A stretch of 64,000 nucleotides of DNA from Escherichia coli. GTDB lineage: Bacteria; Pseudomonadota; Gammaproteobacteria; Enterobacterales; Enterobacteriaceae. The position numbers were made by a program, and so were the translations under genes. The DNA is taken from assembly GCF_003334785.1 (NCBI RefSeq), contig NZ_QOWV01000010.1, one strand, 5' to 3'. The stretch's first letter is position 1, and each line of letters opens with the position of its first letter. Below are positions 22,529 to 40,446 of the stretch, one piece after another. The notes under the pieces were generated by a model. The model saw only the letters and a program-made list of their open reading frames with translations, made no database searches and was not told the DNA's origin.

Positions 22529-22555
22529 ACGGGGCCAAAGGGTCCCGTTTTTTTC
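22529..22555 (+). terminator. rho-independent terminator after glgP
   Basis: acggggcc-aaag-ggtcccgt hairpin followed by ttttttt. Confidence 0.75.
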
Positions 22556-22627
22556 CGCCATCATTTCGGAAAAGTGTCCAGAAGGGGCAAGGGGACTCGG
22601 GGAGTATAATTTCACCATTCAAAAAGA

Positions 22628-22921
22628 ATGGAAAGAATAATGCAAAACAGAAAATGGATTTTGACCTCGCTGGTAATGACTTTTTTCGGCATCCCCATAC
22701 TGGCGCAATTTTTGGCGGTGGTTATTGCCATGCTGGGTGTCGGACTTGCCGGTATTATTGAAGTTTGTAATATCCTTATCACGCCAACAATTTACCTTCT
22801 GCTCAAAATTTTTATGCTGGCGCTGGGCGCATTAATGCTATTTTTCTCGGGGCGAGTGGGGAACGTGCCTGAGTTTTGTTACGTTGGGTATGATGGCGTG
22901 GGCTTTGCGGTAATTCCCTGA
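22628..22921 (+). CDS. yzgL: small hydrophobic hypothetical protein (97 aa)
   Basis: ORF with two predicted hydrophobic helices; I recall a small ORF of this name between glgP and glpD in K-12 but am not certain; coding status unverified. Confidence 0.35.
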   Translation: MERIMQNRKWILTSLVMTFFGIPILAQFLAVVIAMLGVGLAGIIEVCNILITPTIYLLLKIFMLALGALMLFFSGRVGNVPEFCYVGYDGVGFAVIP

Positions 22922-22965
22922 ATTAAAAAGTAGGTTAGATTTTTGACAAAGTGCGCTTTGTTCAT

Positions 22966-23062
22966 GCCGGATGCGACGTGAACGTCTTATCTGGCCTACA
23001 AGACCATGCAAATTCAATATATTGCATAAACCACGTAGGCCTGATAAGCGTAGCGCATCAGG
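22966..23062. repeat. REP/BIME-type palindromic repeats
   Basis: gccggatgcgacgtgaacgtcttatctggcctac and inverted partner gtaggcctgataagcgtagcgcatcaggc. Confidence 0.75.
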
Positions 23063-23126
23063 CAGTTTTGTGTTTGTCATCAGTCTCAGGCCAGATTGAA
23101 ATCTGACCTGATCACCTTACGTTAAT

Positions 23127-24632
23127 TTACGACGCCAGCGATAACCTCTGCTGCGTATACTCCACCAGCCACTGACTCACACGAGATTGTTGATCCGCAT
23201 TTAGCCACATGCCTTGTTTTGTGCGACGCCACAGGGCGTCGTCGGCGCGGCGGACCCATTCGTGATCCACCAGGTATTTCAGCTCCGCTTCGTAGAACTC
23301 ATGACCGAAATCTTCCCCGAGATCGCTTACCGTTCCCGCATTGCCGAGCAGCAGCTCGCTGTTGCTGCCGTAAGTGCGAGCGTAATGACGCGCCAGCGAT
23401 TCAGTCAGGAACGGATAGCGGCGGCGCAGGCGAGCGGCATAATCGTCGCGGTCGCCTTCAATGGCGCCACCCGGTAGCACACTCTCTTTCGTCCATGCCG
23501 GGCCAATACCCTGATAATACGGCGTTAGTTTTTCCAGCGCATGTTCCGCCAGTTTTCGGTAGGTGGTCAGCTTACCGCCGAATACCGACAGCAGCGGTGC
23601 TTTGCCATTTTCATCATGAATATCAAGGGTGTAATCACGGGTAATAGCCTGCGGCGAGTCGGACTCATCATCACACAGCGGACGCACACCGGAGTAGGTC
23701 CAGACGATATCGTCACGGCTTAACTGCTTTTTAAAGTGCGTGTTATACACATTCAGCAGGTAATTGATTTCACTCTCTTCAATCTTCACCGCTTTCGGAT
23801 CGCCTTTGTACTCGACATCGGTAGTGCCGATGATGGAAAACTCGTCCATCCACGGGATCACGAACACAATACGTTTATCTTCGTTTTGCAGAATGTAGGC
23901 TTGCTTCTGGGTATGCACGCGCGGCACCACAATATGGCTGCCTTTGATCAGGCGAATGCCATAAGGCGAAGGCAGATGCATCCCGTCGTCGAAGAACTGT
24001 TTCACCCACGGGCCGGTGGCGTTAACCAAGCCGCGCGCTTGCCAGCTATATTTTTTGCCGGTATCGATATCTTCCGCTTCCACAATCCACAGGCCGTTTT
24101 CGCGGCGAGCAGAGGTGGCGCGAGTCCGAGTAAGCACTTCGCCGCCTTTACGCACCACCATCTGGGCGTTGGCGAGTACCAGACGGGCGTCGTCTACCCA
24201 ACAGTCAGAATATTCGAATCCGCGCTTAATTTCCGGTTTTAACACTGAATTTGCGCCAAAACGCAAACCAGTTGATCCCGGCAAGCTGGTGCGTTTACCC
24301 AGATGATCGTACATAAACAGACCAATGCGAATCATCCACGCCGGGCGCAGATGCGGACGATGTGGCAGGCGAAAACGCATCGGGAAGGCGATATGCGGGG
24401 CCATTTTCAGCAGCACTTCACGTTCAGCCAGCGCCTCGCTGACCAGGCGGAATTCATAGTGCTCAAGGTAGCGCAGGCCACCGTGAATGAGTTTTGAACT
24501 GGCGGAAGAGGTCGCGCAAGCGAGATCCTGCGCCTCCAGCATCAGCACGGATAAACCGCGTCCAGCGGCGTCTGCCGCGATACCAGCACCATTGATGCCG
24601 CCCCCTATCACAATCAGATCTTTGGTTTCCAT
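23127..24632 (-). CDS. glpD: aerobic sn-glycerol-3-phosphate dehydrogenase (501 aa)
   Basis: FAD-binding start METKDLIVIGGGINGAGIA; ORF track begins 5 codons earlier. Confidence 0.95.
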   Translation of the reverse strand: METKDLIVIGGGINGAGIAADAAGRGLSVLMLEAQDLACATSSASSKLIHGGLRYLEHYEFRLVSEALAEREVLLKMAPHIAFPMRFRLPHRPHLRPAWMIRIGLFMYDHLGKRTSLPGSTGLRFGANSVLKPEIKRGFEYSDCWVDDARLVLANAQMVVRKGGEVLTRTRATSARRENGLWIVEAEDIDTGKKYSWQARGLVNATGPWVKQFFDDGMHLPSPYGIRLIKGSHIVVPRVHTQKQAYILQNEDKRIVFVIPWMDEFSIIGTTDVEYKGDPKAVKIEESEINYLLNVYNTHFKKQLSRDDIVWTYSGVRPLCDDESDSPQAITRDYTLDIHDENGKAPLLSVFGGKLTTYRKLAEHALEKLTPYYQGIGPAWTKESVLPGGAIEGDRDDYAARLRRRYPFLTESLARHYARTYGSNSELLLGNAGTVSDLGEDFGHEFYEAELKYLVDHEWVRRADDALWRRTKQGMWLNADQQSRVSQWLVEYTQQRLSLAS

Positions 24633-24665
24633 GCTGCCCTCATTCACTTTCGTTAAAGCTCATAA

Positions 24666-24683
24666 ATGTTCGTTATCGAACAT
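24666..24683. promoter_or_regulatory. GlpR operator in divergent glpD/glpEGR control region
   Basis: Perfect palindrome atgttcg-ttat-cgaacat seen 34 nt upstream of glpD start; matches remembered GlpR operator half-site TGTTCG. Confidence 0.65.
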
Positions 24684-24743
24684 ATTAGCAAAGAATCGCG
24701 CTTTAGGTAACATTGAAAAAACATTTTAGAGTGATATGTATAA

Positions 24744-25148
<405 letters not shown>

Positions 25149-25180
25149 CGCTTTATACTGTCCCCTTTTGTGTGGAATAA

Positions 25181-26023
<843 letters not shown>

Positions 26024-26039
26024 TTCCAGGGATTTATAA

Positions 26040-26798
26040 ATGAAACAAACACAACGTCACAACGGTATTATCGAACTGGTTAAACAGCAGGGTTATGTCA
26101 GTACCGAAGAGCTGGTAGAGCATTTCTCCGTCAGCCCGCAGACTATTCGCCGCGACCTCAATGAGCTGGCGGAGCAAAACCTGATCCTGCGCCATCATGG
26201 CGGTGCGGCGCTGCCTTCCAGTTCGGTTAACACGCCGTGGCACGATCGCAAGGCCACCCAGACCGAAGAAAAAGAGCGCATCGCCCGCAAAGTGGCGGAG
26301 CAAATCCCCAATGGCTCGACGCTGTTTATCGATATCGGCACCACGCCGGAAGCGGTAGCGCACGCACTGCTCAATCACAGCAATTTGCGCATTGTCACCA
26401 ACAATCTCAACGTTGCTAACACGTTGATGGTAAAAGAAGATTTTCGCATCATTCTCGCCGGTGGCGAATTACGCAGCCGCGATGGCGGGATCATTGGCGA
26501 AGCGACGCTCGATTTTATCTCCCAGTTCCGCCTTGATTTCGGCATTCTGGGGATAAGCGGCATCGATAGCGACGGCTCGCTGCTGGAGTTCGATTACCAC
26601 GAAGTTCGCACCAAACGCGCCATTATTGAGAACTCGCGCCACGTTATGCTGGTTGTCGATCACTCGAAATTTGGCCGTAACGCGATGGTCAATATGGGCA
26701 GCATCAGCATGGTAGATGCCGTCTACACCGACGCCCCGCCGCCAGTAAGCGTGATGCAGGTGCTGACGGACCACCATATTCAACTGGAGCTGTGCTGA
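26040..26798 (+). CDS. glpR: DeoR-family glycerol-3-phosphate regulon repressor (252 aa)
   Basis: N-terminal DeoR HTH (VSTEELVEHFSVSPQTIRRDL). Confidence 0.95.
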   Translation: MKQTQRHNGIIELVKQQGYVSTEELVEHFSVSPQTIRRDLNELAEQNLILRHHGGAALPSSSVNTPWHDRKATQTEEKERIARKVAEQIPNGSTLFIDIGTTPEAVAHALLNHSNLRIVTNNLNVANTLMVKEDFRIILAGGELRSRDGGIIGEATLDFISQFRLDFGILGISGIDSDGSLLEFDYHEVRTKRAIIENSRHVMLVVDHSKFGRNAMVNMGSISMVDAVYTDAPPPVSVMQVLTDHHIQLELC

Positions 26799-28378
26799 TC
26801 CTGCACGGCTTCCCACGTCAGACCAAAACGCGCCAGGTATTTGCGTAGCCGATCCGCGTCATTGACGCTGGCTTTGCCCTGGCGCGAAACGTCAAAAAGC
26901 TGGCGTCCGGCTGCGGAAAGCGACTTTGCCTGGCGGCAGATAGCGATAACGTGTTCCAGTTGCATACGGTCGAAGAGATCGATGTTTTCTGCCTCTGCGC
27001 CCAGCAACGCCGTAAGCGCGGAGGGGCGGCTCTCCTGCCAGTTATAGCGCAGACGGTTTATCTCATCTTCAACCACGTCCAGAGTGATGCGTCCGCTAGT
27101 GGCAAAGGTGGCCATCCGCGTGACGCTGGCAGAAAGTTCGCGAAAGTTACCGCGCCATGTTGCCTGGGGAGAGGTCGCAAAAGCCAACCAGGCGCGCCGC
27201 GCTTCGGTGTTAAAACGCACGCTGTCGCCAGTGAGTGAGGCGTGGCGCTCCACTTCATAATCCAGGTTCGGTTCAATATCTTCCTGGCGCTGGCGTAGAC
27301 CCGGCAGGGTGAAGGTCCAGAGATTGATCCGCGCGTACAGATCTTCGCGAAATTTGCCTTCGGCAACCAGCTGGCGCAAATCGCGCACCGTTCCGGCGAT
27401 AAGCTGAAAATCACTGCTCACCTGGCGATCGCTGCCAAACGGGTAAAAGGTTTTCTCTTCAATGGCTTTCAGCAGCATTGCCTGTTCGTCTGCGCCCAGT
27501 TCGCCAATCTCATCAAGAAACAACATTCCGCCGTTGGCGCTGCGTAATAAACCTTCACGAGATTCCCGCGCCCCGGTAAACGCGCCTTTTACATGACCAA
27601 ACAGCGTCGACATGGCGGTATCGCCGCGCAGGGTGGCGCAGTTCACTTCCACAAACGCGCCGCTAAACTGATGCCGCGCCTGTTTTAACTCGAAGATGCG
27701 TCGCGCCAGAAATGACTTGCCCGCGCCGGTTGGACCGTTAAGCAGAATCGGCGCGCGGGATTTGATCGCCACTTTTTCGATCTGCTCAATCATGCGGTTG
27801 AAGTGGGGGTTACGCGTGGCAATGCCGGACTTAAGAAAATCAAGCGTTTGCTGGCGTTCCTCGGCAAAGCGGCTGGCGATGGCGTTATAACGGCTTAAAT
27901 CGAGATCGATAATCGTTACTTCACCTGGGCCGCGCGGCTGTTCTTTTTTGCGCGGAGGTGAAGATTGTATCAGCCGGGCGGGCAGGTAACGCGCTTCTGC
28001 CAGCAGAAACCAGCAAATCTGCGCGACGTGGGTACCGGTGGTGATGTGAATTAAATAGTCTTCTTTTTCTGGCTGAAACTCGTAACCACGGGCGAAATCA
28101 TGCAGGCAGGCGTAGACCTCTTCGAAATCCCACGGGTTATGCAGTTCAATCTCAACGCTCACCACTTCTGTTTCTGGCGAAACGCTGGCGATATCGCGTT
28201 TAAGCGTTTCAAATAGCGAGCGCGAGCGGGCGTCGTGCAACAATTCCAGTCGATCGATGACCAACGATTCTTGCTGGCATAAACAGAGTGTCGGACGCCA
28301 TTTTGACCAGCGCTGACTGCCGCGCCCGGCATAATCCAGTACGGTACCGACAAAGCCAAAAGCCACTGTTTTACGCAT
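26780..28378 (-). CDS. rtcR: sigma54-dependent transcriptional activator of the RNA repair operon (532 aa)
   Basis: Walker A GPTGAGKS and sigma54-contact GAFTGA motifs visible; divergent from rtcBA; 3' end overlaps glpR 3' end by 19 nt (convergent). Confidence 0.95.
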   Translation of the reverse strand: MRKTVAFGFVGTVLDYAGRGSQRWSKWRPTLCLCQQESLVIDRLELLHDARSRSLFETLKRDIASVSPETEVVSVEIELHNPWDFEEVYACLHDFARGYEFQPEKEDYLIHITTGTHVAQICWFLLAEARYLPARLIQSSPPRKKEQPRGPGEVTIIDLDLSRYNAIASRFAEERQQTLDFLKSGIATRNPHFNRMIEQIEKVAIKSRAPILLNGPTGAGKSFLARRIFELKQARHQFSGAFVEVNCATLRGDTAMSTLFGHVKGAFTGARESREGLLRSANGGMLFLDEIGELGADEQAMLLKAIEEKTFYPFGSDRQVSSDFQLIAGTVRDLRQLVAEGKFREDLYARINLWTFTLPGLRQRQEDIEPNLDYEVERHASLTGDSVRFNTEARRAWLAFATSPQATWRGNFRELSASVTRMATFATSGRITLDVVEDEINRLRYNWQESRPSALTALLGAEAENIDLFDRMQLEHVIAICRQAKSLSAAGRQLFDVSRQGKASVNDADRLRKYLARFGLTWEAVQDQHSSS

Positions 28379-28512
28379 CTTAGATATCCTTATAAAAGAC
28401 GATATTTCATTATCGGTAAATTGGCTTTGCGGGAAATCTCCGGTTACGGACGTAAAGATATAATCTTTTTTAAAACAATGAATTAAAAAATTAAGCTGCT
28501 TATTTAATTTTC

Positions 28513-28528
28513 TGGCACGACGGTTGCA
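28513..28528 (+). promoter_or_regulatory. sigma54 (-24/-12) promoter of rtcBA
   Basis: TGGCAC-gacgg-TTGCA exactly matching the GG-N10-GC class consensus, ~40 nt upstream of rtcB. Confidence 0.75.
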
Positions 28529-28566
28529 ATTATCAGGACAGCAAACAACGAAAAGAGAAAAACAAA

Positions 28567-29793
28567 ATGAATTACGAATTACTGACCACTGAAAATGCCC
28601 CGGTAAAAATGTGGACCAAAGGCGTGCCGGTAGAGGCCGATGCGCGTCAGCAACTTATTAATACGGCGAAGATGCCGTTTATTTTCAAACATATTGCGGT
28701 AATGCCTGATGTACACCTGGGTAAAGGTTCCACCATTGGTAGCGTGATCCCGACCAAAGGGGCGATTATTCCGGCGGCGGTGGGCGTGGATATTGGCTGT
28801 GGAATGAACGCGCTGCGTACCGCGTTAACGGCGGAAGACCTGCCTGAAAACCTGGCAGAGCTGCGTCAGGCGATTGAAACGGCCGTGCCGCACGGGCGTA
28901 CCACTGGCCGTTGTAAACGTGATAAAGGTGCCTGGGAAAATCCACCTGTTAACGTCGATGCTAAATGGGCTGAGCTTGAAGCCGGTTATCAGTGGTTAAC
29001 GCAAAAATATCCCCGTTTCCTGAATACCAATAACTATAAACACCTGGGAACGCTGGGAACCGGTAACCACTTTATTGAAATCTGCCTTGATGAGTCGGAC
29101 CAGGTGTGGATTATGCTGCACTCCGGTTCACGCGGAATTGGTAACGCCATCGGGACTTACTTTATCGATCTGGCACAAAAAGAGATGCAGGAAACGCTTG
29201 AGACGTTGCCGTCGCGTGATCTGGCGTACTTTATGGAAGGTACGGAATACTTTGATGATTACCTGAAAGCCGTGGCCTGGGCGCAGCTTTTTGCCAGCCT
29301 TAACCGCGATGCGATGATGGAAAACGTGGTAACGGCATTGCAGAGCATTACGCAGAAAACGGTCAGACAGCCACAAACGCTGGCGATGGAAGAGATCAAC
29401 TGTCACCACAACTATGTGCAAAAAGAACAGCACTTTGGTGAAGAGATCTACGTGACGCGTAAAGGCGCGGTGTCTGCGCGTGCTGGTCAATATGGAATTA
29501 TTCCCGGTTCGATGGGAGCAAAAAGCTTTATCGTCCGTGGGCTGGGAAATGAAGAGTCGTTCTGTTCGTGCAGCCACGGTGCCGGGCGGGTAATGAGCCG
29601 AACTAAAGCGAAAAAACTGTTCAGCGTGGAAGATCAAATTCGTGCCACCGCGCATGTGGAATGCCGTAAAGATGCCGAAGTGATCGACGAAATCCCGATG
29701 GCGTATAAAGATATTGATGCGGTGATGGCGGCACAAAGCGATCTGGTGGAAGTTATCTATACCCTGCGTCAGGTGGTGTGCGTAAAAGGATAA
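28567..29793 (+). CDS. rtcB: RNA-splicing ligase RtcB (3'-phosphate/5'-OH ligase, 408 aa)
   Basis: 408 aa; conserved metal-binding His/Cys blocks (GCGMN, HSGSRG, NCHHNY, SHGAGR). Confidence 0.95.
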   Translation: MNYELLTTENAPVKMWTKGVPVEADARQQLINTAKMPFIFKHIAVMPDVHLGKGSTIGSVIPTKGAIIPAAVGVDIGCGMNALRTALTAEDLPENLAELRQAIETAVPHGRTTGRCKRDKGAWENPPVNVDAKWAELEAGYQWLTQKYPRFLNTNNYKHLGTLGTGNHFIEICLDESDQVWIMLHSGSRGIGNAIGTYFIDLAQKEMQETLETLPSRDLAYFMEGTEYFDDYLKAVAWAQLFASLNRDAMMENVVTALQSITQKTVRQPQTLAMEEINCHHNYVQKEQHFGEEIYVTRKGAVSARAGQYGIIPGSMGAKSFIVRGLGNEESFCSCSHGAGRVMSRTKAKKLFSVEDQIRATAHVECRKDAEVIDEIPMAYKDIDAVMAAQSDLVEVIYTLRQVVCVKG

Positions 29794-30813
<1,020 letters not shown>

Positions 30814-30855
30814 TGCAGAGATGTAAGCCGGATCTGGCGCGTTATCCGGCTAAAC

Positions 30856-33567
<2,712 letters not shown>

Positions 33568-34095
33568 TCACTTCACTGTGGAAAATGAGGAAATATTATT
33601 TTTTTTGCGCTTCGTAATTAATGGTTATAAGGTCGGCCAGAAACCTTTCTAATGCAAGCGATGACGTTTTTTTATGTGTCTGAATTTGCACTGTGTCACA
33701 ATTCCAAATCTTTATTAACAACTCACCTAAAACGACGCTGATCCAGCGTGAATACTGGTTTCCCTTATGTTCATCAGATTCATTTAAGCAAGGGTTTCTT
33801 CTTCATTCCTGATGAAAGTGCCATCTAAAAAGATGATCTTAATAAATCTATTAAGAATGAGATGGAGCACACTGGATATTTTACTTATGAAACTGTTTCA
33901 CTCCTTTACTTAATTTATAGAGTTACCTTCCGCTTTTTGAAAATACGCAACGGCCATTTTTTGCACTTAGATACAGATTTTCTGCGCTGTATTGCATTGA
34001 TTTGATGCTAATCCTGTGGTTTGCACTAGCTTTAAGTGGTTGAGATCACATTTCCTTGCTCATCCCCGCAACTCCTCCCTGCCTAATCCCCCGCA

Positions 34096-34107
34096 GGATG
34101 AGGAAGG
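34096..34107. promoter_or_regulatory. candidate MalT boxes in malPQ promoter
   Basis: ggatgaggaagg contains GGATGA / GGA(A/G)GA motifs ~70 nt upstream of malP; assignment from remembered consensus. Confidence 0.45.
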
Positions 34108-34148
34108 TCAACATCGAGCCTGGCAAACTAGCGATAACGTTGTGTTGA

Positions 34149-36566
<2,418 letters not shown>

Positions 36567-36575
36567 GGAAGCTCG

Positions 36576-38660
36576 ATGGAAAGCAAACGTCTGGATAATG
36601 CCGCGCTGGCGGCGGGGATTAGCCCCAATTACATCAATGCCCACGGTAAACCGCAGTCGATTAGCGCCGAAACCAAACGGCGTTTGCTTGACGCGATGCA
36701 TCAACGTACCGCCACGAAAGTGGCGGTAACGCCAGTCCCGAATGTCATGGTTTATACCAGCGGCAAAAAAATGCCGATGGTGGTGGAGGGCAGCGGCGAA
36801 TATAGCTGGCTGCTGACCACCGAAGAAGGAACGCAGTACAAAGGCCATGTAACGGGGGGCAAAGCGTTCAATCTACCGACGAAGCTGCCGGAAGGTTATC
36901 ACACGCTGACACTCACCCAGGACGACCAGCGCGCGCATTGCCGGGTGATTGTCGCCCCGAAACGCTGTTACGAACCGCAGGCGTTGCTGAATAAACAAAA
37001 GCTGTGGGGTGCCTGCGTTCAGCTTTATACGCTGCGATCGGAAAAAAACTGGGGTATTGGGGATTTTGGCGATCTCAAAGCGATGCTGGTGGATGTGGCA
37101 AAACGTGGCGGGTCGTTCATTGGCCTGAACCCGATTCATGCGCTCTATCCGGCAAATCCGGAGAGCGCCAGCCCATACAGCCCGTCTTCTCGCCGTTGGC
37201 TGAATGTGATTTATATCGACGTTAACGCCGTTGAAGATTTCCATCTTAGCGAAGAGGCTCAGGCCTGGTGGCAGTTGCCGACCACGCAACAGACGCTGCA
37301 ACAGGCGCGCGATGCCGACTGGGTCGATTACTCCACGGTTACCGCCCTAAAAATGACAGCATTACGAATGGCGTGGAAAGGTTTCGCGCAACGTGATGAT
37401 GAGCAGATGGCCGCGTTTCGCCAGTTTGTTGCAGAGCAGGGCGACAGCCTGTTCTGGCAGGCAGCCTTTGATGCGCTACATGCCCAGCAAGTGAAAGAGG
37501 ACGAAATGCGCTGGGGCTGGCCTGCATGGCCAGAGATGTATCAGAACGTGGATTCACCAGAAGTGCGTCAGTTCTGCGAAGAACATCGTGATGACGTCGA
37601 TTTTTATCTCTGGTTGCAGTGGCTGGCTTACAGCCAGTTTGCCGCCTGCTGGGAGATAAGCCAGGGCTATGAAATGCCGATTGGCTTGTATCGTGATCTG
37701 GCGGTTGGCGTAGCGGAAGGTGGGGCGGAAACCTGGTGTGACCGTGAACTATATTGCCTGAAAGCATCGGTTGGCGCGCCGCCGGATATCCTCGGCCCGT
37801 TGGGGCAGAACTGGGGATTACCGCCAATGGACCCGCATATCATCACCGCGCGTGCCTATGAACCGTTTATCGAGCTGTTGCGTGCCAATATGCAAAACTG
37901 CGGCGCATTACGAATTGACCATGTGATGTCGATGCTGCGTTTGTGGTGGATACCGTATGGCGAGACGGCAGATCAGGGCGCGTATGTTCACTATCCGGTG
38001 GATGATCTGCTCTCGATTCTGGCACTCGAAAGTAAACGTCATCGCTGTATGGTGATTGGTGAAGATCTCGGTACCGTACCGGTAGAGATTGTCGGTAAGC
38101 TGCGCAGCAGCGGTGTGTACTCTTACAAAGTGCTCTATTTCGAAAACGACCACGAGAAGACGTTCCGTGCACCGAAAGCGTATCCGGAGCAGTCGATGGC
38201 GGTTGCGGCGACACATGACCTGCCAACGCTGCGCGGTTACTGGGAGAGCGGGGATCTAACGCTGGGCAAAACCCTGGGGCTGTATCCGGATGAAGTGGTA
38301 CTGCGCGGTCTGTATCAGGATCGCGAACTGGCGAAGCAAGGGCTGCTGGATGCACTGCATAAATATGGTTGTCTGCCGAAACGTGCCGGGCATAAGGCAT
38401 CGTTGATGTCGATGACGCCGACGCTGAACCGTGGTTTGCAGCGCTACATTGCCGACAGTAACAGTGCTCTGTTAGGACTACAGCCGGAAGACTGGCTGGA
38501 TATGGCCGAACCGGTGAATATTCCTGGCACCAGTTACCAGTATAAAAACTGGCGACGCAAGCTTTCCGCAACGCTTGAGTCGATGTTTGCCGATGATGGC
38601 GTGAACAAGTTGCTGAAGGATTTGGACAGACGGCGCAGAGCTGCAGCGAAGAAGAAGTAG
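36576..38660 (+). CDS. malQ: 4-alpha-glucanotransferase / amylomaltase (694 aa)
   Basis: 694 aa GH77; operonic with malP. Confidence 0.95.
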   Translation: MESKRLDNAALAAGISPNYINAHGKPQSISAETKRRLLDAMHQRTATKVAVTPVPNVMVYTSGKKMPMVVEGSGEYSWLLTTEEGTQYKGHVTGGKAFNLPTKLPEGYHTLTLTQDDQRAHCRVIVAPKRCYEPQALLNKQKLWGACVQLYTLRSEKNWGIGDFGDLKAMLVDVAKRGGSFIGLNPIHALYPANPESASPYSPSSRRWLNVIYIDVNAVEDFHLSEEAQAWWQLPTTQQTLQQARDADWVDYSTVTALKMTALRMAWKGFAQRDDEQMAAFRQFVAEQGDSLFWQAAFDALHAQQVKEDEMRWGWPAWPEMYQNVDSPEVRQFCEEHRDDVDFYLWLQWLAYSQFAACWEISQGYEMPIGLYRDLAVGVAEGGAETWCDRELYCLKASVGAPPDILGPLGQNWGLPPMDPHIITARAYEPFIELLRANMQNCGALRIDHVMSMLRLWWIPYGETADQGAYVHYPVDDLLSILALESKRHRCMVIGEDLGTVPVEIVGKLRSSGVYSYKVLYFENDHEKTFRAPKAYPEQSMAVAATHDLPTLRGYWESGDLTLGKTLGLYPDEVVLRGLYQDRELAKQGLLDALHKYGCLPKRAGHKASLMSMTPTLNRGLQRYIADSNSALLGLQPEDWLDMAEPVNIPGTSYQYKNWRRKLSATLESMFADDGVNKLLKDLDRRRRAAAKKK

Positions 38661-38669
38661 AGTGCGGTT

Positions 38670-38760
38670 GATGCCGGATGCGATGCTTGACGCGTCTTAT
38701 CCGGCCTACTAATTCATCCCGAATCGTAGGCCGGATAAGGCGGTCACGCCGCATCCGGCA
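38670..38760. repeat. REP/BIME palindromic repeats between malQ and gntT
   Basis: gatgccggatgcgatgcttgacgcgtcttatccggcctac and inverted gtaggccggataaggcggtcacgccgcatccggc. Confidence 0.8.
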
Positions 38761-38770
38761 GTCAGTGTTA

Positions 38771-40087
38771 TCAAATCACCATATTCAGCAGCAGACAGCC
38801 TACCAGACCGCACACCGAGATAATGGTTTCCAGCATCGACCAGGATTTGATGGTCTCGCCGATAGTCAGGTTAAAGTACTCTTTGAACAGCCAGAAGCCC
38901 GGATCGTTCACATGAGAGAAAATCACACTACCGGAACCAACCGCAATAACCATCAGCTCCGGGCTAACACCCGTCGTTGCAATCAGCGGTGCCGCGATAC
39001 CACCCGCAGTGATTGCCGCAACGGTTGCGGAACCCAGCGCGATACGCAGTACGGCAGCAATCGACCAGGCCATCAGCAGCGGAGAAATGTTGGTTTCGTG
39101 CATCATGGAAGCAATGTATTTGTCCACGCCGCTGTCTACCAGCACCTGCTTGAACGCACCGCCACCACCGATGATCAACAGCATCATCGCAATGATTTTG
39201 ATGGAAGAAACCAGCGTGTCGTTAATCTGATCCATTGAACGACCACGGTTTAGACCAAAGGTGAACATCGCAATCAGCACGGCAATCAGCGTTGCCATTA
39301 CCGGGTCACCGAGGAACTCCGCTACCGGCAGGAAAGCGTGACCTTTCGGCAGGATCATTTCGGCAATCGCACGCATCGCCATCAGTACTACCGGCACCAG
39401 AGAGGTCCAGACGCTGACGCCAAAGCTCGGCATCTCTTCTTCGCTGAAGGTTTTCGCGCTGTAGAGACCTTCCGGAATTGGCTTATCGATACCTTTCAAC
39501 ACGCGAGCGTAAACCGGACCGGCGAGAATCACGGTCGGGATTGCCAGAATAGTACCGTACAGCAGGGTTTTACCCATATCGGCATTGAAAATGGTGGCAA
39601 TCGCAGTCGGACCCGGATGCGGTGGCAGGAAGCCGTGGGTCACAGACAGTGCAGCCGCCATTGGTACACCAACATACAGCAGTGGAATATTCGCAGAAGC
39701 CGCGATGGTAAACACCAGCGGCAGCATCAGCACAAAGCCCACTTCATAGAACAGGGCAAAACCAACGGTAAAACCGGTCAGTACCACCGCCCACTGGATG
39801 TGTTTTTTACCAAATTTGGCAATCAGCGTGGTGGCGATACGTTGTGCGCCACCGCAGTCTGCCAGCATTTTGCCCAGCATTGCGCCAAAACCCATGATCA
39901 GGGCAAGGCTACCGAGCGTCCCGCCGACACCGGCTTTGATGGAGCCAATAACTTTATCCAGCGGCATTCCTTGCATTAATCCAACAGCAAGCGCCACGAG
40001 GACGAGAGCGATGAAGCCGTTCATTTTGAAGCGGATCATCAGGAGCAACAACAAGATTACACCGATAGCAACAATGACTAATGGCAT
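38771..40087 (-). CDS. gntT: GntP-family high-affinity gluconate transporter (438 aa)
   Basis: 438-aa polytopic membrane protein, paralogue of gntU. Confidence 0.95.
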   Translation of the reverse strand: MPLVIVAIGVILLLLLMIRFKMNGFIALVLVALAVGLMQGMPLDKVIGSIKAGVGGTLGSLALIMGFGAMLGKMLADCGGAQRIATTLIAKFGKKHIQWAVVLTGFTVGFALFYEVGFVLMLPLVFTIAASANIPLLYVGVPMAAALSVTHGFLPPHPGPTAIATIFNADMGKTLLYGTILAIPTVILAGPVYARVLKGIDKPIPEGLYSAKTFSEEEMPSFGVSVWTSLVPVVLMAMRAIAEMILPKGHAFLPVAEFLGDPVMATLIAVLIAMFTFGLNRGRSMDQINDTLVSSIKIIAMMLLIIGGGGAFKQVLVDSGVDKYIASMMHETNISPLLMAWSIAAVLRIALGSATVAAITAGGIAAPLIATTGVSPELMVIAVGSGSVIFSHVNDPGFWLFKEYFNLTIGETIKSWSMLETIISVCGLVGCLLLNMVI

Positions 40088-40240
40088 GATTTACCTGGCC
40101 TTTCATTTGTTATGGGTAACGTCAATTTTCTGACGACAAACTCTAATTATCCCAATCGGGAACAGAGATATTGCGGCACCACGACTGATACCCACTAAAA
40201 CTAATTATTGTAGTCAGATGTCAGGAGTATGTTTGGTACC

Positions 40241-40263
40241 CATGTGAATGATACGGGTAACAT
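40241..40263. promoter_or_regulatory. GntR operator in gntT promoter
   Basis: On the gntT strand reads atgttacccgtatcattcacatg, containing the GntR half-site TGTTACCCGTA; ~155 nt upstream of gntT start. Confidence 0.6.
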
Positions 40264-40390
40264 CTGGCGTTTGAGAATCACCAGAGCGGGGTAAATTTAA
40301 ATTATGAGAGGTTGGTCATATTATCGCGGGGAAACGAACCGAGGATTTGACAAAGCAATGCTGCGCCAACGTCTGGCACATGTTCAACGT

Positions 40391-40446
<56 letters not shown>

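Noticed and set aside
23214-24306. Cluster of plus-strand ORFs (87-168 aa) inside glpD
   Set aside because: Overlap the FAD-dependent glpD coding region on the opposite strand; no independent support
30814-30855. Short palindrome gccggatctggcgcgttatccggc between convergent rtcA and malT
   Set aside because: Too short and not followed by a T-run; may be a REP fragment but not confidently assignable
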